Shown: positions 1-9,835 of the stretch, piece by piece | How the letters are laid out: every line of letters begins with the position of its first letter | Numbering within the stretch: position 1 is the stretch's first letter | DNA from: an uncultured virus (IMG/VR IMGVR_UViG_3300027241_000181) | Taxonomy: Duplodnaviria; Heunggongvirae; Uroviricota; Caudoviricetes | Length of the DNA stretch: 64,000 nucleotides | Strand: one strand, 5' to 3' | Virus record (IMG/VR): IMGVR_UViG_3300027241_000181 | The notes under the pieces: generated by a model | What the model was told of the DNA's origin: nothing | Database searches by the model: none | The model's input: only the letters and a program-made list of their open reading frames with translations | Made by a program: the position numbers and the translations under genes

Positions 1-41
1 AAGGTCACCGCATTGGAATCACTAATGGTGCTTTCAAGTCC

Positions 42-1007
42 TTGATGAAAATCATTGGAATGAGCAAGCAATTTGCTGATCGCTTTGAACGACTGTTCAA
101 TGCTGAAGCTAAAGCTCAATTCATCAACACGGTTAAGAACGCTATGGCTTCTAACCGCGGTAACTTAAGCCAAATCACTTTGGTTTTGAATCCAGTTTCT
201 AAGTTGATTGTCAACTTTACCAAACATTCTAACGAGTTGATCTCAAACTCTCAGTTCATTGAGAATGCAGAAGAGATCATTGATCGCGGTAAGTTTGGAG
301 TAGTAAACTGGACAACTGATCCTGGAACTGGTATCATTACCATCAATGCATTCAATCCTAATGCTTCATGGGCTGTTCCTGGTGATGAAACAGAAGTGTT
401 CCAAGCGGGTATCACTCTTAAGAACTCACCTATCACGGGTTTTCAAGTATCTCCTTACGTAAATCGTATGTGGTGTACTAATGGCTTGACCACCTCAATG
501 GCAGCTGACACTTACAACTTGACTTCATTGACAGCTGATTCAATGGAAAAGTTCAACGAGTACCTTCGTGATCTTGCTAAGCGCCAATTCATGCCAACTG
601 AGTTTGACTCATTGGTTAAGAAGGCCAAGAACACTGCAGCTTCTTTGAAGGAAATGCAATGGGCTCACAAGTTGATTAAAGATGCAGGTGCAGGTGATCG
701 TGCAGACAACTGGATTCCTTTGGCACAAAATGAATTAGCTTACTCTCGTGCTGGAGTTTCAACTAGCGAGTTGAACTCTAAAGAACTTGCTAACGCAACA
801 ACTGACCAATCTATCTGGTCTATCGTTAACGGAGTCACTCACTTTGCAACTCACGGTCAAGACATCGTTGAAGGTGTACAAGCACATGATGGTACTCGCT
901 TGATGGTTCAAGCCGGTAACATTCTTGGTAAAGATTGGAACCTTGGCAATCAGGTTCGATCTCCCTTCTCCGGTTTTGGAACCCAAGTTGGAGAATTGCT
1001 CAACTAA
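42..1007 (+). CDS. Hypothetical protein, DUF932-like; may start upstream of the window
   Basis: 321-aa ORF with RMWCTNG, resembling the RxxCxNG motif of DUF932; followed by a strong hairpin. Confidence 0.45.
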   Translation: MMKIIGMSKQFADRFERLFNAEAKAQFINTVKNAMASNRGNLSQITLVLNPVSKLIVNFTKHSNELISNSQFIENAEEIIDRGKFGVVNWTTDPGTGIITINAFNPNASWAVPGDETEVFQAGITLKNSPITGFQVSPYVNRMWCTNGLTTSMAADTYNLTSLTADSMEKFNEYLRDLAKRQFMPTEFDSLVKKAKNTAASLKEMQWAHKLIKDAGAGDRADNWIPLAQNELAYSRAGVSTSELNSKELANATTDQSIWSIVNGVTHFATHGQDIVEGVQAHDGTRLMVQAGNILGKDWNLGNQVRSPFSGFGTQVGELLN

Positions 1008-1015
1008 TTCTAATT

Positions 1016-1044
1016 GAAGAGCGGCCTAGTGCCGCTCTTCTTAT
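1016..1044 (+). terminator. Intrinsic terminator-like hairpin
   Basis: GAAGAGCGGC-CTAGT-GCCGCTCTTC followed by TTAT. Confidence 0.7.
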
Positions 1045-1053
1045 CTCTATTCT

Positions 1054-1350
1054 ATGAGTATTCTAACATACGCACAAATCTACCTTGGCCTAGGCATCTT
1101 CTTTTCACTATTGATGGATCTAATGCATTACAACATTCGCAATGTAGTTGATGAAGAAACCTACGAAAAGAATCGATACACTACGGCTGAAAGACTATAC
1201 ATGATTTTGGTTTGGCCATTGGTAATCTATTCAGTTATTCTAACCCTTTTTAATGGAACAACAGTTGAAGACTTAGAAAATAAAGTTGAAGCCGAGAAAA
1301 AGAAGTTAGAAGATCTTAAAAAGGAAGACGATGCTGAGAATCAGGCTTGA
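1054..1350 (+). CDS. Small membrane protein with two TM segments and a charged tail
   Basis: Two hydrophobic stretches, then a Lys/Glu-rich C-terminus. Confidence 0.6.
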   Translation: MSILTYAQIYLGLGIFFSLLMDLMHYNIRNVVDEETYEKNRYTTAERLYMILVWPLVIYSVILTLFNGTTVEDLENKVEAEKKKLEDLKKEDDAENQA

Positions 1351-2020
1351 GACATCACCCTGGAACACCCGCCAAGAACAACTTAGAGACAACCCATGGC
1401 AGATGATGATCGTCTGTATGATGTTGAATCAAACCAACTACAAACAGGTAGAAAAAGTACGGTATAACTTCTTTGATCGATTTCCAACGCCTGAGGAATT
1501 GATGTTTGCATCAGATGAAGAGATCATTGAAATCATTCGATCTCTTGGATTCTATAATCGACGAGCTAAACAATGGAAACAATTTAGCCGCGAGTGGCTC
1601 GAATTAACAGACACTTTCAAAGATCCTGTCACCATCCCTGTGGATCGGTTGGGAGATTTAACAGGAGTTGGTAAGTACGCCCTCGATTCATGGAAGATCT
1701 TCCAGCTGTATGATTATTCAGTTGATCCGGAAGATCACGTTTTGAACTGGTACATCGATTGGGCTCGTCAAGAGGTTGAAAAGATTGAACGAGAGCAAAA
1801 CGAACCCAAAGCAACTGTGGTCTATTACTTACACTACGAAGATGAGCGTGAAATGCAATCAGCGTGGAGTAAAAGACAAGATTTCGTTTGTTGCGTGTGG
1901 GCTCGAACTCACAGAGAGGCAATTGAAAAGACCAAGAGAATTGCAGGCGGCAAGCACATCAAGATCATGGGTCTCGCCAATGGAAAACCCGAGTGGGTCA
2001 ATGAAACTAAACACCTTTAA
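1331..2020 (+). CDS. HhH-GPD DNA glycosylase, MBD4-like (G:T/G:U mismatch type), with a C-terminal extension
   Basis: QEQL..NPW..MI.CMMLNQT, LGFYNRRA, HhH LTGVGKYALDSWKIF and PEDHVLNWY parallel the MBD4 glycosylase domain. Confidence 0.85.
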   Translation: MLRIRLETSPWNTRQEQLRDNPWQMMIVCMMLNQTNYKQVEKVRYNFFDRFPTPEELMFASDEEIIEIIRSLGFYNRRAKQWKQFSREWLELTDTFKDPVTIPVDRLGDLTGVGKYALDSWKIFQLYDYSVDPEDHVLNWYIDWARQEVEKIEREQNEPKATVVYYLHYEDEREMQSAWSKRQDFVCCVWARTHREAIEKTKRIAGGKHIKIMGLANGKPEWVNETKHL

Positions 2021-2030
2021 TTACGTATAA
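2003..2030 (+). promoter_or_regulatory. Bipartite phage promoter (KAAAC-N16/17-GTATAA class)
   Basis: GAAAC-N17-GTATAA, 5 nt before the ATG at 2036; the motif recurs through the window. Confidence 0.6.
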
Positions 2031-2035
2031 TCTAT

Positions 2036-2329
2036 ATGGAAAACAAATCAATTGCACTAGAAGCTCACGAGCTTATTAATAATCGTTCAGAAGAAAAAGA
2101 TCGTATGTATGGCCCCTTCTCTGAAGGCATGGATCGTGCAGCGATGGTCTTCAACGGTATGACAGGTTTAAATGTTACCGGTCGTGAAATGTACATGGCT
2201 TTAATCGCTCTTAAGTTTTCACGTGAAAGCTACAATCACAAGCGCGATAATCTCTTAGATGCGGTTGGTTATATTCAAGGTTTAGAAAACTACATCAACG
2301 AGAAGAATGAGTACCCAATTACTGAGTAA
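2036..2329 (+). CDS. DUF6378-like phage protein
   Basis: A.ELIN.R...YG ... LKFSRE....KRDNLLDAVGY pattern. Confidence 0.65.
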   Translation: MENKSIALEAHELINNRSEEKDRMYGPFSEGMDRAAMVFNGMTGLNVTGREMYMALIALKFSRESYNHKRDNLLDAVGYIQGLENYINEKNEYPITE

Positions 2330-2477
2330 AGGAACCCAAGTCCACCATCCAAAATTTGGACGTGGATCCATCAAGGATTTCTACGAGTTTTATAACGTTA
2401 TATTCGTTGATGTGGTATTTGAAAACCATGGAAATGAACCAGTCTATGTTAAATTAGACGACTTAAAAACGGAGTAA
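2307..2477 (+). CDS. 56-aa Tudor/SH3-like protein resembling the PcrA/UvrD C-terminal domain; not in the ORF track
   Basis: Manual translation MSTQLLSKGTQVHHPKFGRGSIKD...VDVVF; TAATG overlap with the next ORF. Confidence 0.55.
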   Translation: MSTQLLSKGTQVHHPKFGRGSIKDFYEFYNVIFVDVVFENHGNEPVYVKLDDLKTE

Positions 2478-2653
2478 TGAAAAGAATTATCGAACATTTT
2501 GAATCTAAAAGGTTAGGTCACAAACTACACCAACTTCAAAAGCGCTACAATCGAGCCATCGAAAACGGTTACACTGAAAAGGCTGAAGCGTATAAACGAA
2601 GAATAAATTCAATGGTCGAAAAACTATCACATATCAAAGGACATGGAAGCTAA
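2477..2653 (+). CDS. 58-aa basic hypothetical protein; not in the ORF track
   Basis: Manual translation MKRIIEHFESKRLGHKL...; overlaps both neighbours. Confidence 0.55.
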   Translation: MKRIIEHFESKRLGHKLHQLQKRYNRAIENGYTEKAEAYKRRINSMVEKLSHIKGHGS

Positions 2654-3002
2654 CTTCACAATCAAAAAGAACGGTCAAGAATTTATGACCGCAGACAAAT
2701 TAAACTGGATTTCTTACACGGCTAAAGACAAAGTTGGTAAGAGAATTGAAACCAATCCAGCCCTAAATTATGCAATGGCGCTCGAACTCGAGGTTGCAGA
2801 TATTAATTCATTAGATCTAGCAAACTTGAAAAAAGCACAGGTAAAAAACTCAGCTGCATATACAAGCCCATTGATTACAAGTGTGGTTGAAAACTCAAGA
2901 GAGTATGTCAAATTCGAGTGCGGAGAAGACGTGTTTGAAGTATTGATCAAAATCAATACCACTCCAAAGCCTCGTACATCACCTGTAGGCCCTGCAATGT
3001 AA
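2643..3002 (+). CDS. Hypothetical protein
   Basis: 119-aa ORF in an operon-like run. Confidence 0.6.
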   Translation: MEANFTIKKNGQEFMTADKLNWISYTAKDKVGKRIETNPALNYAMALELEVADINSLDLANLKKAQVKNSAAYTSPLITSVVENSREYVKFECGEDVFEVLIKINTTPKPRTSPVGPAM

Positions 3003-3214
3003 TGGCTAGAATGCCTAAACTTGATGAGTTTCACTATCATGAAATGACAGATCGATTGAGCGTCATTATGATGGTGATTGAAAACAATTTGACTCAGCAT
3101 CCAGTTGCTAAGTTGAATAAAGACATTCAAACGCTAATTGACGAGGCTAACGACAAACTGGCCGAAGCGTATCAAATAGCTGGAAATCTTGAAATAAAAT
3201 ATGAAAATGATTAA
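3002..3214 (+). CDS. Hypothetical protein
   Basis: 70-aa ORF with TAATG coupling. Confidence 0.6.
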   Translation: MARMPKLDEFHYHEMTDRLSVIMMVIENNLTQHPVAKLNKDIQTLIDEANDKLAEAYQIAGNLEIKYEND

Positions 3215-3683
3215 AGATATTTTTAGAAGAATACAACGTGTCATCGACTTTCTACCCATGATTTGGAAGGGTTATGACTTTGATTTCCGTTACTCAGTAG
3301 AATTATTCAAGCACCAACTTGAACGTCAGGCCAAGTTCTTTGAATCTTCTAAATCTTATCGTCGTGATTCTCTTCATCAAGCTTCTAGAATTAGAACTGT
3401 CATCAAACTAATGGACATTGTATATGATGAAAAGTATAATGACGAAATGGCAGTCATGATGGAAAAGATATACGGCGAGCAAAAGTTTGAGTTTATTGAA
3501 AACAAAGCAACTGGCATGTATTCTCTTGACATTAGATGGGAAAAGGCAGTTGATGATCAACACAACGAAGAGATCATGCAAATTTGGTCAGAGCAGATGA
3601 AAATAACTGCATATAAAACCAAACGAGCCCATGACATCCTGTGGAGAATGATTGAACATAACATAAGATACTGGTGGGATTAA
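3201..3683 (+). CDS. Hypothetical phage protein
   Basis: 160-aa ORF ending in WWD, overlapping the previous gene. Confidence 0.65.
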   Translation: MKMIKDIFRRIQRVIDFLPMIWKGYDFDFRYSVELFKHQLERQAKFFESSKSYRRDSLHQASRIRTVIKLMDIVYDEKYNDEMAVMMEKIYGEQKFEFIENKATGMYSLDIRWEKAVDDQHNEEIMQIWSEQMKITAYKTKRAHDILWRMIEHNIRYWWD

Positions 3684-3726
3684 ACAAATCCCACTTCGTG
3701 TATAAAATAACTAAACGTTTCTTAAA

Positions 3727-4947
3727 ATGAAGATAGCATTAGTACTAGCTAAAGGAGTAGAAGGATGTGGATTGACTCGCCACACCATTGAATTTTACAA
3801 CTGGTTGATTAAAGAAGGTCACGAAGCAACCATTTACGCAGCAACAGAAAAGATGTGGCCTCGTCACAAGTCAACTGACATTATTGCAACTAACTTTAAG
3901 CGCAAAGACATTCCTAAGGTCGCTAAAGAATTGAACGAATGTGATGTGGTCTATTACACTTCATTCCCTCACAAATCAGTAGGTGATGAATTTAACGAAG
4001 ACTTTATCGAACATTGTGTATATGGTCTAACCAAACCAGTAAAGGTTGGTAACTGCCTTGACCACAACATGGCGAATCTTAATAAGAACCATCGCTATTG
4101 GGAGATCATGAGTCAAATGGATGCAATGTTCAATTACTCGTTGACATCTAACTTCGCAAACAAAATGCGTGAGCACGCTCCAAACACTCCATTGATTGAG
4201 ATGAATCTCAATCCTTACGATTACGATGCTTGGAAGCCTGTTTGGAAATCAGCTGAAAAGCAGACTCGAAGAATCACTTACTTTGGTCGTTTCGCTGGAT
4301 TTAAGGATCCATTCAGAATGTTTGATTTGATGAACCTTTTGAAAAATGAAGACGTGGTAACTGAAGCTCGAGGCGTTGAACGTTCTATTGGTGCCCTACC
4401 AATGTTCTTGAACGATGATCGCACTCCACGTCAAGATGTATTTGAAGTCCATGACACGAAGAATCCAGTCACATATCCTCAACTCACTGATAAGGTCTAC
4501 ATTTACGGTCCTTATAATCTAGCTGAAGGTATGGGTGAGTTGTCAAACTCAATGTTTGGTGCAGAATTCTTTAACCTACCCGAACGCCTTTACGGCTCAA
4601 TGATTGAGTATGCAATGTGCGAGGTAATTGCAGCAGGTACCATTCCTTTGTTTGATAAACACTGGGGAGATCACGTTATTCACCGTACTGAAGGGGTTCC
4701 TTTCAGTCAACTAAAAGATTTTGCAATCTTCGTTGATAAGAATAACGTTGAAGCTTCAATTCCTCAGATTCTAGAATTGGCAGCTGATCACAAGCGTCGA
4801 GATGAATTCAGACAGAATTCATTCCGTCTAGCTAAATTGCACAATGCACCTGAAGTTGTTAACACTGATTTGTTCAATGCTATCGCAAGTGTTAATAAAA
4901 GACAAACAGAAAAGCCAATTACTTTACAAACAAATTCACTTTTCTAA
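3727..4947 (+). CDS. agt: DNA alpha-glucosyltransferase homologue (T4 AGT-like, GT-B fold)
   Basis: N-terminus MKIALVLAKGVEGCGLTR matches T4 AGT (MRICIFMARGLEGCGVTK); also DH, GR...FK, GVERS and EY..CE..AAGTIP.F; about 400 aa. Confidence 0.85.
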   Translation: MKIALVLAKGVEGCGLTRHTIEFYNWLIKEGHEATIYAATEKMWPRHKSTDIIATNFKRKDIPKVAKELNECDVVYYTSFPHKSVGDEFNEDFIEHCVYGLTKPVKVGNCLDHNMANLNKNHRYWEIMSQMDAMFNYSLTSNFANKMREHAPNTPLIEMNLNPYDYDAWKPVWKSAEKQTRRITYFGRFAGFKDPFRMFDLMNLLKNEDVVTEARGVERSIGALPMFLNDDRTPRQDVFEVHDTKNPVTYPQLTDKVYIYGPYNLAEGMGELSNSMFGAEFFNLPERLYGSMIEYAMCEVIAAGTIPLFDKHWGDHVIHRTEGVPFSQLKDFAIFVDKNNVEASIPQILELAADHKRRDEFRQNSFRLAKLHNAPEVVNTDLFNAIASVNKRQTEKPITLQTNSLF

Positions 4948-4958
4948 GTACAAGATAT

Positions 4959-5423
4959 ATGGCAAACACAGATAATAAATGCTCAGACCTTAACGTAGAA
5001 GATTTCTACACAGGCGTTGAAGACACCTTTGGTCTAATCTACAACAAGCAAAAAGAATTACAAGCTCGCCTTGGATTTGACTTCACAGGTTGGACCCTTA
5101 AGCAGATTGCAGACTTTTGGATGGTCAACAAGCACGCTCTAAGTGATGAACTAAACGAAATGTTCGATTCACTAGGAGGTGTTAACGATGGAATTGGTTC
5201 AGCTGCATGGAAGTACTGGAAGAAGGATAACGCTAAGGCAGTTGACATGAAAGTTGAAGATCTTAGTGAAGCAGATCGATTGGAACTCTACTATGAGTGG
5301 GTTGATGGCTTGCACTTCTTCATGAATTTCGCAATTTCAATCGGTATGACTTCAAAAGATGTAGTCAACCTTTACATGGCCAAGAACGCAGAGAATCACG
5401 ATCGTCAAAACCGAGGATACTAA
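4959..5423 (+). CDS. gp56: dCTP/dUTP pyrophosphatase (T4 gp56-like all-alpha NTP-PPase)
   Basis: DELNE, AWKYWK, EWVDGLHFFMN and KNAENHDRQNRGY motifs. Confidence 0.85.
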   Translation: MANTDNKCSDLNVEDFYTGVEDTFGLIYNKQKELQARLGFDFTGWTLKQIADFWMVNKHALSDELNEMFDSLGGVNDGIGSAAWKYWKKDNAKAVDMKVEDLSEADRLELYYEWVDGLHFFMNFAISIGMTSKDVVNLYMAKNAENHDRQNRGY

Positions 5424-6826
5424 TGTTATTAGACGTAGAACAAAGAGACAAAGAAGTCATTATTTCATATTACGACAAGGAAGGCAAGGTTAATTTCAAG
5501 CGCTACCCTGTTGAGCAATTTAAGAACTGGTACATCACCGATCCAATGGATCGTTATAAACATGAGACCTTGACAAACTGGGACGGTCGTCCTATCAAGT
5601 TGGGTCCTGCTCGCCAGTTCAATAAGTTCTCTTTGATCTATTACTTAGACAATTTACCCGAACGAGACAAAGAAGAAATCTTTGCATACAATCTTCCTCG
5701 TACATACTTTGTCGATATTGAAACCGAGATCGTAGATGGTTTCCCTAAAGCTGAAGAAGCCAAATCACGAATCCTAACATTCTCAATCATTACGCCAGAA
5801 CGTAAGGCCATTGTTCTTGGATTAGAAGAACTTTCTCTTGAAAAAGTTAAGAAAATCGAAGCTGACACTAATGAATACTTCAAACAATTCGATCAGGATT
5901 GGACCTTTGAATACCGTCAGTTTAAGAATGAACATGACATGGTGGCAACATTCATTTATCGGTTCTTACCTAAGTTTCCGATGATGACGGGCTGGAACTT
6001 TATCAACTATGACTGGCAATATATCGTTAACCGATGTAAGCGTCTCCAGATTGACATCAAAGAAGCCTCAATGACTCAATCACTTGATAAGAATGATTCT
6101 AGACCGCTGCACATCGGCATCTTAGATTACATGCAATTGTATGATAAGTACGATCGCACGGTCAAGGTAAAAGAATCTAATGCTTTGGATTATGTATCTG
6201 GTCAAGTACTGAAGACAAATAAGATCAAGTATAATGGATCCTTACAGGACCTTTACGAGAATGACTTTACAAAATACGTATTCTATAACGTAGTTGACTC
6301 ATGTCTAGTCTATTATATAGATCAACAGCTTAAGTCAATGGAAGTTCTATTGACCCTGGCTTCAATCACCAAGATGCCTCTCTATAAAGCTGCATCACCA
6401 GTTGCTGTAACGGAAGCTCTGATTGCACGTAAGATGTCAGCCCTTAATAAGAGAATTGGATCAGAACAAAGAGATGAAGGTTCAAAGGATGGCCAATATG
6501 CTGGTGCTTATGTTAAAGAACCGGTTGTTGGTTTCTATCAAGGTGTATCTGCATTTGACTTTGCTTCACTGTACCCCTCAATCATGCGACAGTTTAACAT
6601 CTCACCTGACTCATATAAAGAAATCATTCCAAAGTCTGAGATTCCTGAAAGACGAAAGAATGAAGATGAAATCGTCTGTGTTAACGGAGTTGTGTACGAT
6701 AAGAAAGATTCAATATTGAAGCAAATTCTTTCAGATCTTTACACACAGCGTAAAGAATATAAGGCAAAATCTTACGAGTATTTCACTAAAGCTGAAGAAG
6801 CTAAAAAGGTACTAAAAGGATTTTAA
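5423..6826 (+). CDS. gp43A: Family-B DNA polymerase, N-terminal subunit (3'-5' exonuclease and motif A)
   Basis: ExoI VDIET, ExoII GWN...YD, ExoIII YNVVD, motif A DFASLYPSIM; ends in the fingers (RKEYK) with no motif B or C. Confidence 0.9.
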   Translation: MLLDVEQRDKEVIISYYDKEGKVNFKRYPVEQFKNWYITDPMDRYKHETLTNWDGRPIKLGPARQFNKFSLIYYLDNLPERDKEEIFAYNLPRTYFVDIETEIVDGFPKAEEAKSRILTFSIITPERKAIVLGLEELSLEKVKKIEADTNEYFKQFDQDWTFEYRQFKNEHDMVATFIYRFLPKFPMMTGWNFINYDWQYIVNRCKRLQIDIKEASMTQSLDKNDSRPLHIGILDYMQLYDKYDRTVKVKESNALDYVSGQVLKTNKIKYNGSLQDLYENDFTKYVFYNVVDSCLVYYIDQQLKSMEVLLTLASITKMPLYKAASPVAVTEALIARKMSALNKRIGSEQRDEGSKDGQYAGAYVKEPVVGFYQGVSAFDFASLYPSIMRQFNISPDSYKEIIPKSEIPERRKNEDEIVCVNGVVYDKKDSILKQILSDLYTQRKEYKAKSYEYFTKAEEAKKVLKGF

Positions 6827-6862
6827 TCAGTTATTATATTTAGAGCCCCTCGTAACAGCCAT

Positions 6863-6870
6863 GATATATA
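6863..6870 (+). promoter_or_regulatory. GATATATA late-type promoter motif upstream of nrdB
   Basis: Same octamer that precedes the structural genes. Confidence 0.45.
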
Positions 6871-6970
6871 CAATGTATCGTAAAGTTACACCCCGGGTCC
6901 ATCAGTTCTAATGAATTAAGGACCCTTTGTCGTCTAATAGCAATAGTAAAAAAAATACGTTTTTTAAAAA

Positions 6971-7981
6971 ATGTCAAAATCTCAATTATTTAAAGAAAGA
7001 ATAGAATTTAAGCCCTTTGAATATCCAATTTATTACACAGAGGGATGGCTAAAACAAGCACAGGCCTTTTGGCTTCATACGGAGATTTCGATGCAAGGCG
7101 ACGTGAAAGATTGGAATGAAAATCTTTCAGCATCTGAAAAGAATTTGGTCGGTAACATTTTATTGGGGTTTGCACAGACTGAATGTGCAGTTTCTGATTA
7201 TTGGACCGGCATGGTAACCAATTGGTTCCCTAAACATGAAATTAAGCAAATGGCAATGATGTTTGGTTCGCAAGAAACCATCCATGCAACAGCGTATTCA
7301 TATCTAAACGAAACATTAGGCCTTGAGGATTTTAAGGCATTCTTACATGAGCCTTCAACAGCTGCACGTTTTGAGTTCTTGATGGGTACTACAGCGGATT
7401 ACACCCATGAAGATTTGGCTAGGTCAGCGGAAGCTCGAAAAGACGTTGCTCGTTCATTGGCTATTTTTTCAGCCTTTGCCGAAGGAGTAGCTCTATATTC
7501 TTCATTTGCGGTTCTATACTCGTTTCAAATGAGAAACCTTTTAAAGGGTATTGGTCAGCAAATGAAATGGTCAGTTAGAGATGAATCTCTTCACTCAAAA
7601 ATGGGATGTCAATTGTTCCGTCAAATGTGTGAAGAGTATCCAGACCTAAGAAATGCAGTACAATCACAGGTTGAAGAAGCTGCACATCTTATGGTCGAAA
7701 TGGAAATGAATTACATCGATAAGATTTTTGAAGCTGGCGATCTAGAAAATCTAAATGCATCAGACTTAAAAGAGTTCATCAAGAAAAGAGCCAATGAAAA
7801 GCTCAATGAAATTGGTTATGAATCTATCTTTAAGTTTGATGAATCAGCAGCCGCAGAACTTGATTGGTTCTATCACTTAACAGGCGGGCATACGCATACA
7901 GACTTCTTCGCAGTACGCCCTACGGATTACTCAAAGGCTGGTGAAGATGAAAACTGGGATGAAGACGATTTGTTTTCTTAA
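6971..7981 (+). CDS. nrdB: Ribonucleotide reductase class Ia beta subunit
   Basis: FWL.TEI, ETIH...Y, EGV.LY.SF, RDESLH and TDFF...TDY motifs. Confidence 0.95.
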   Translation: MSKSQLFKERIEFKPFEYPIYYTEGWLKQAQAFWLHTEISMQGDVKDWNENLSASEKNLVGNILLGFAQTECAVSDYWTGMVTNWFPKHEIKQMAMMFGSQETIHATAYSYLNETLGLEDFKAFLHEPSTAARFEFLMGTTADYTHEDLARSAEARKDVARSLAIFSAFAEGVALYSSFAVLYSFQMRNLLKGIGQQMKWSVRDESLHSKMGCQLFRQMCEEYPDLRNAVQSQVEEAAHLMVEMEMNYIDKIFEAGDLENLNASDLKEFIKKRANEKLNEIGYESIFKFDESAAAELDWFYHLTGGHTHTDFFAVRPTDYSKAGEDENWDEDDLFS

Positions 7982-8005
7982 ACAGATTTGAATCTAGCGG
8001 TATAA
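7979..8005 (+). promoter_or_regulatory. Bipartite phage promoter upstream of nrdA
   Basis: TAAAC-N16-GTATAA. Confidence 0.65.
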
Positions 8006-8024
8006 AGTACATAAGAATTATAGA

Positions 8025-9824
8025 ATGGAAGAAATTAATCATGGTGAATTTTTAGGATGGGAAGTTGGAGTTGACTTTCCAATATGGGCCAACACTGAAG
8101 TTTACGTTAAAACAGTATCTAAAGGTTATCTTTTAGAAGGTGAAACACCAAAGGATGCATATTGGAGAGTTGCTACCACTGTAGCAAAGAGATTACGTAA
8201 GCCTGATTTGGCTAGTAAATTCTTTGATTACATGTGGAAGGGTTGGTTGAACCTAGCAACTCCAGTTTTCTCAAACACTGGAACCGAAAGAGGTCTACCA
8301 ATTTCATGTTTTGGTATTGATGTAGGCGATTCAATTCAAGAGATTGGTAACAAGAATCTTGAAATGATGCTACTTGCAAAACACGGTGGCGGAGTTGGAA
8401 TTGGAGTTAATATGATTCGTCCTGCAGGTTCGAACATTTCACAGAACGGTACGTCAGATGGCGTAGTTCCTTTTATTAAGATCTACGATTCATCGATTCT
8501 AGCGACAAATCAGGGTTCAGTTCGTCGAGGTGCAGCATCAGTTAATATCGATATCGAGCACGGTGACTTTTGGGAGTGGCTAGAAATTAGAGAACCCAAA
8601 GGAGACGTTAATCGTCAATCTCTAAATATGCACCAATGTGTTGTTGTCTCAGATTCATTTATGATGAAGCTTGAACAAGGAGACAAGGAAGCCCGTAAAC
8701 GATGGGCTGCAGTTCTTCGTAAGCGTAGAACGACCGGCGAGCCTTACATCATGTTTAAAGGTAACGTTAACCGTCAAAATCCAGATGCTTACAAGAACAA
8801 TCAGTTAAAGGTTTTTATGACCAACATTTGTTCTGAGATTACTCTTCATACTGACGAGAACCACTCATTCGTTTGTTGTTTGTCTTCAATCAACCTTGCA
8901 AAATACGACGAGTGGAAGGACACTGATCTGGTTTACACTGCAACATGGTTCCTAGACGGCGTCCTAGAAGAGTTTATCACACGTGCAAAATACATGCGTG
9001 GCTTCGAGAACTCTGTTCGTTCAGCTGAAAAAGGTCGAGCACTGGGTCTTGGAGTTCTTGGATGGCATACGTACCTACAAGAAAGAGGTATTGCATTTGA
9101 CGCAATGGGCGCACAATTTGAAACACGTAAGATCTTCTCTCAAATTAAGATTGAATCGGAACGAGCTTCACGAGACATGGCAAAAGTGTATGGCGAGCCA
9201 CTGTGGTGTGTTGGAACAGGTATGAGAAATACACACCTTCGTGCCATTGCCCCAACAGTTTCAAATTCAAAACTGTCAGGAAACGTATCAGCGGGTATTG
9301 AGCCATGGGCTGCCAACGTTTTCACCGAGCAAACTGCAAAAGGTACATTCATTCGCAAGAACCCAACCCTTGACACGGCACTGAACATGATCAAACTAAA
9401 CTCTAAAGAAGTTTGGGATCAAATTTTGATAGATGGTGGATCGGTTCAAGGAGTAGAATCTCTTGACAAGTGGTACGCCAAAGAAGGTGAGAAATTCACA
9501 TACATCAATCAAAAGGAATATGATAAACTTTCTGAAATTGAAAAAGACAAGTGGGTTCCATTCAAAGATGTATTTTTGACCTTTAAGGAAATCAATCAAA
9601 TGGAATTAGTTCGTCAAGCTGGTATTCGTCAACAATACATTGACCAAGCGGTTTCACTTAACCTTGCCTTCCCTAACGAGGCTGAACCCAAGTACATCAA
9701 TCAAGTTCACCTAGAGGCATATAAGCAAGGCGTTAAGACATTATACTACATGCGAACAGAATCAGTGCTAAGAGGAGATATTGCTCAACGAGCAATGATT
9801 GACTGCTTAAGTTGTGATGGATAG
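8025..9824 (+). CDS. nrdA: Ribonucleotide reductase class Ia alpha subunit (no ATP cone apparent)
   Basis: PISCF, GGGVG, NICSEI, AIAPT, KTLYY and C-terminal CLSCDG. Confidence 0.95.
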   Translation: MEEINHGEFLGWEVGVDFPIWANTEVYVKTVSKGYLLEGETPKDAYWRVATTVAKRLRKPDLASKFFDYMWKGWLNLATPVFSNTGTERGLPISCFGIDVGDSIQEIGNKNLEMMLLAKHGGGVGIGVNMIRPAGSNISQNGTSDGVVPFIKIYDSSILATNQGSVRRGAASVNIDIEHGDFWEWLEIREPKGDVNRQSLNMHQCVVVSDSFMMKLEQGDKEARKRWAAVLRKRRTTGEPYIMFKGNVNRQNPDAYKNNQLKVFMTNICSEITLHTDENHSFVCCLSSINLAKYDEWKDTDLVYTATWFLDGVLEEFITRAKYMRGFENSVRSAEKGRALGLGVLGWHTYLQERGIAFDAMGAQFETRKIFSQIKIESERASRDMAKVYGEPLWCVGTGMRNTHLRAIAPTVSNSKLSGNVSAGIEPWAANVFTEQTAKGTFIRKNPTLDTALNMIKLNSKEVWDQILIDGGSVQGVESLDKWYAKEGEKFTYINQKEYDKLSEIEKDKWVPFKDVFLTFKEINQMELVRQAGIRQQYIDQAVSLNLAFPNEAEPKYINQVHLEAYKQGVKTLYYMRTESVLRGDIAQRAMIDCLSCDG

Positions 9825-9835
9825 CATTATTTAAG

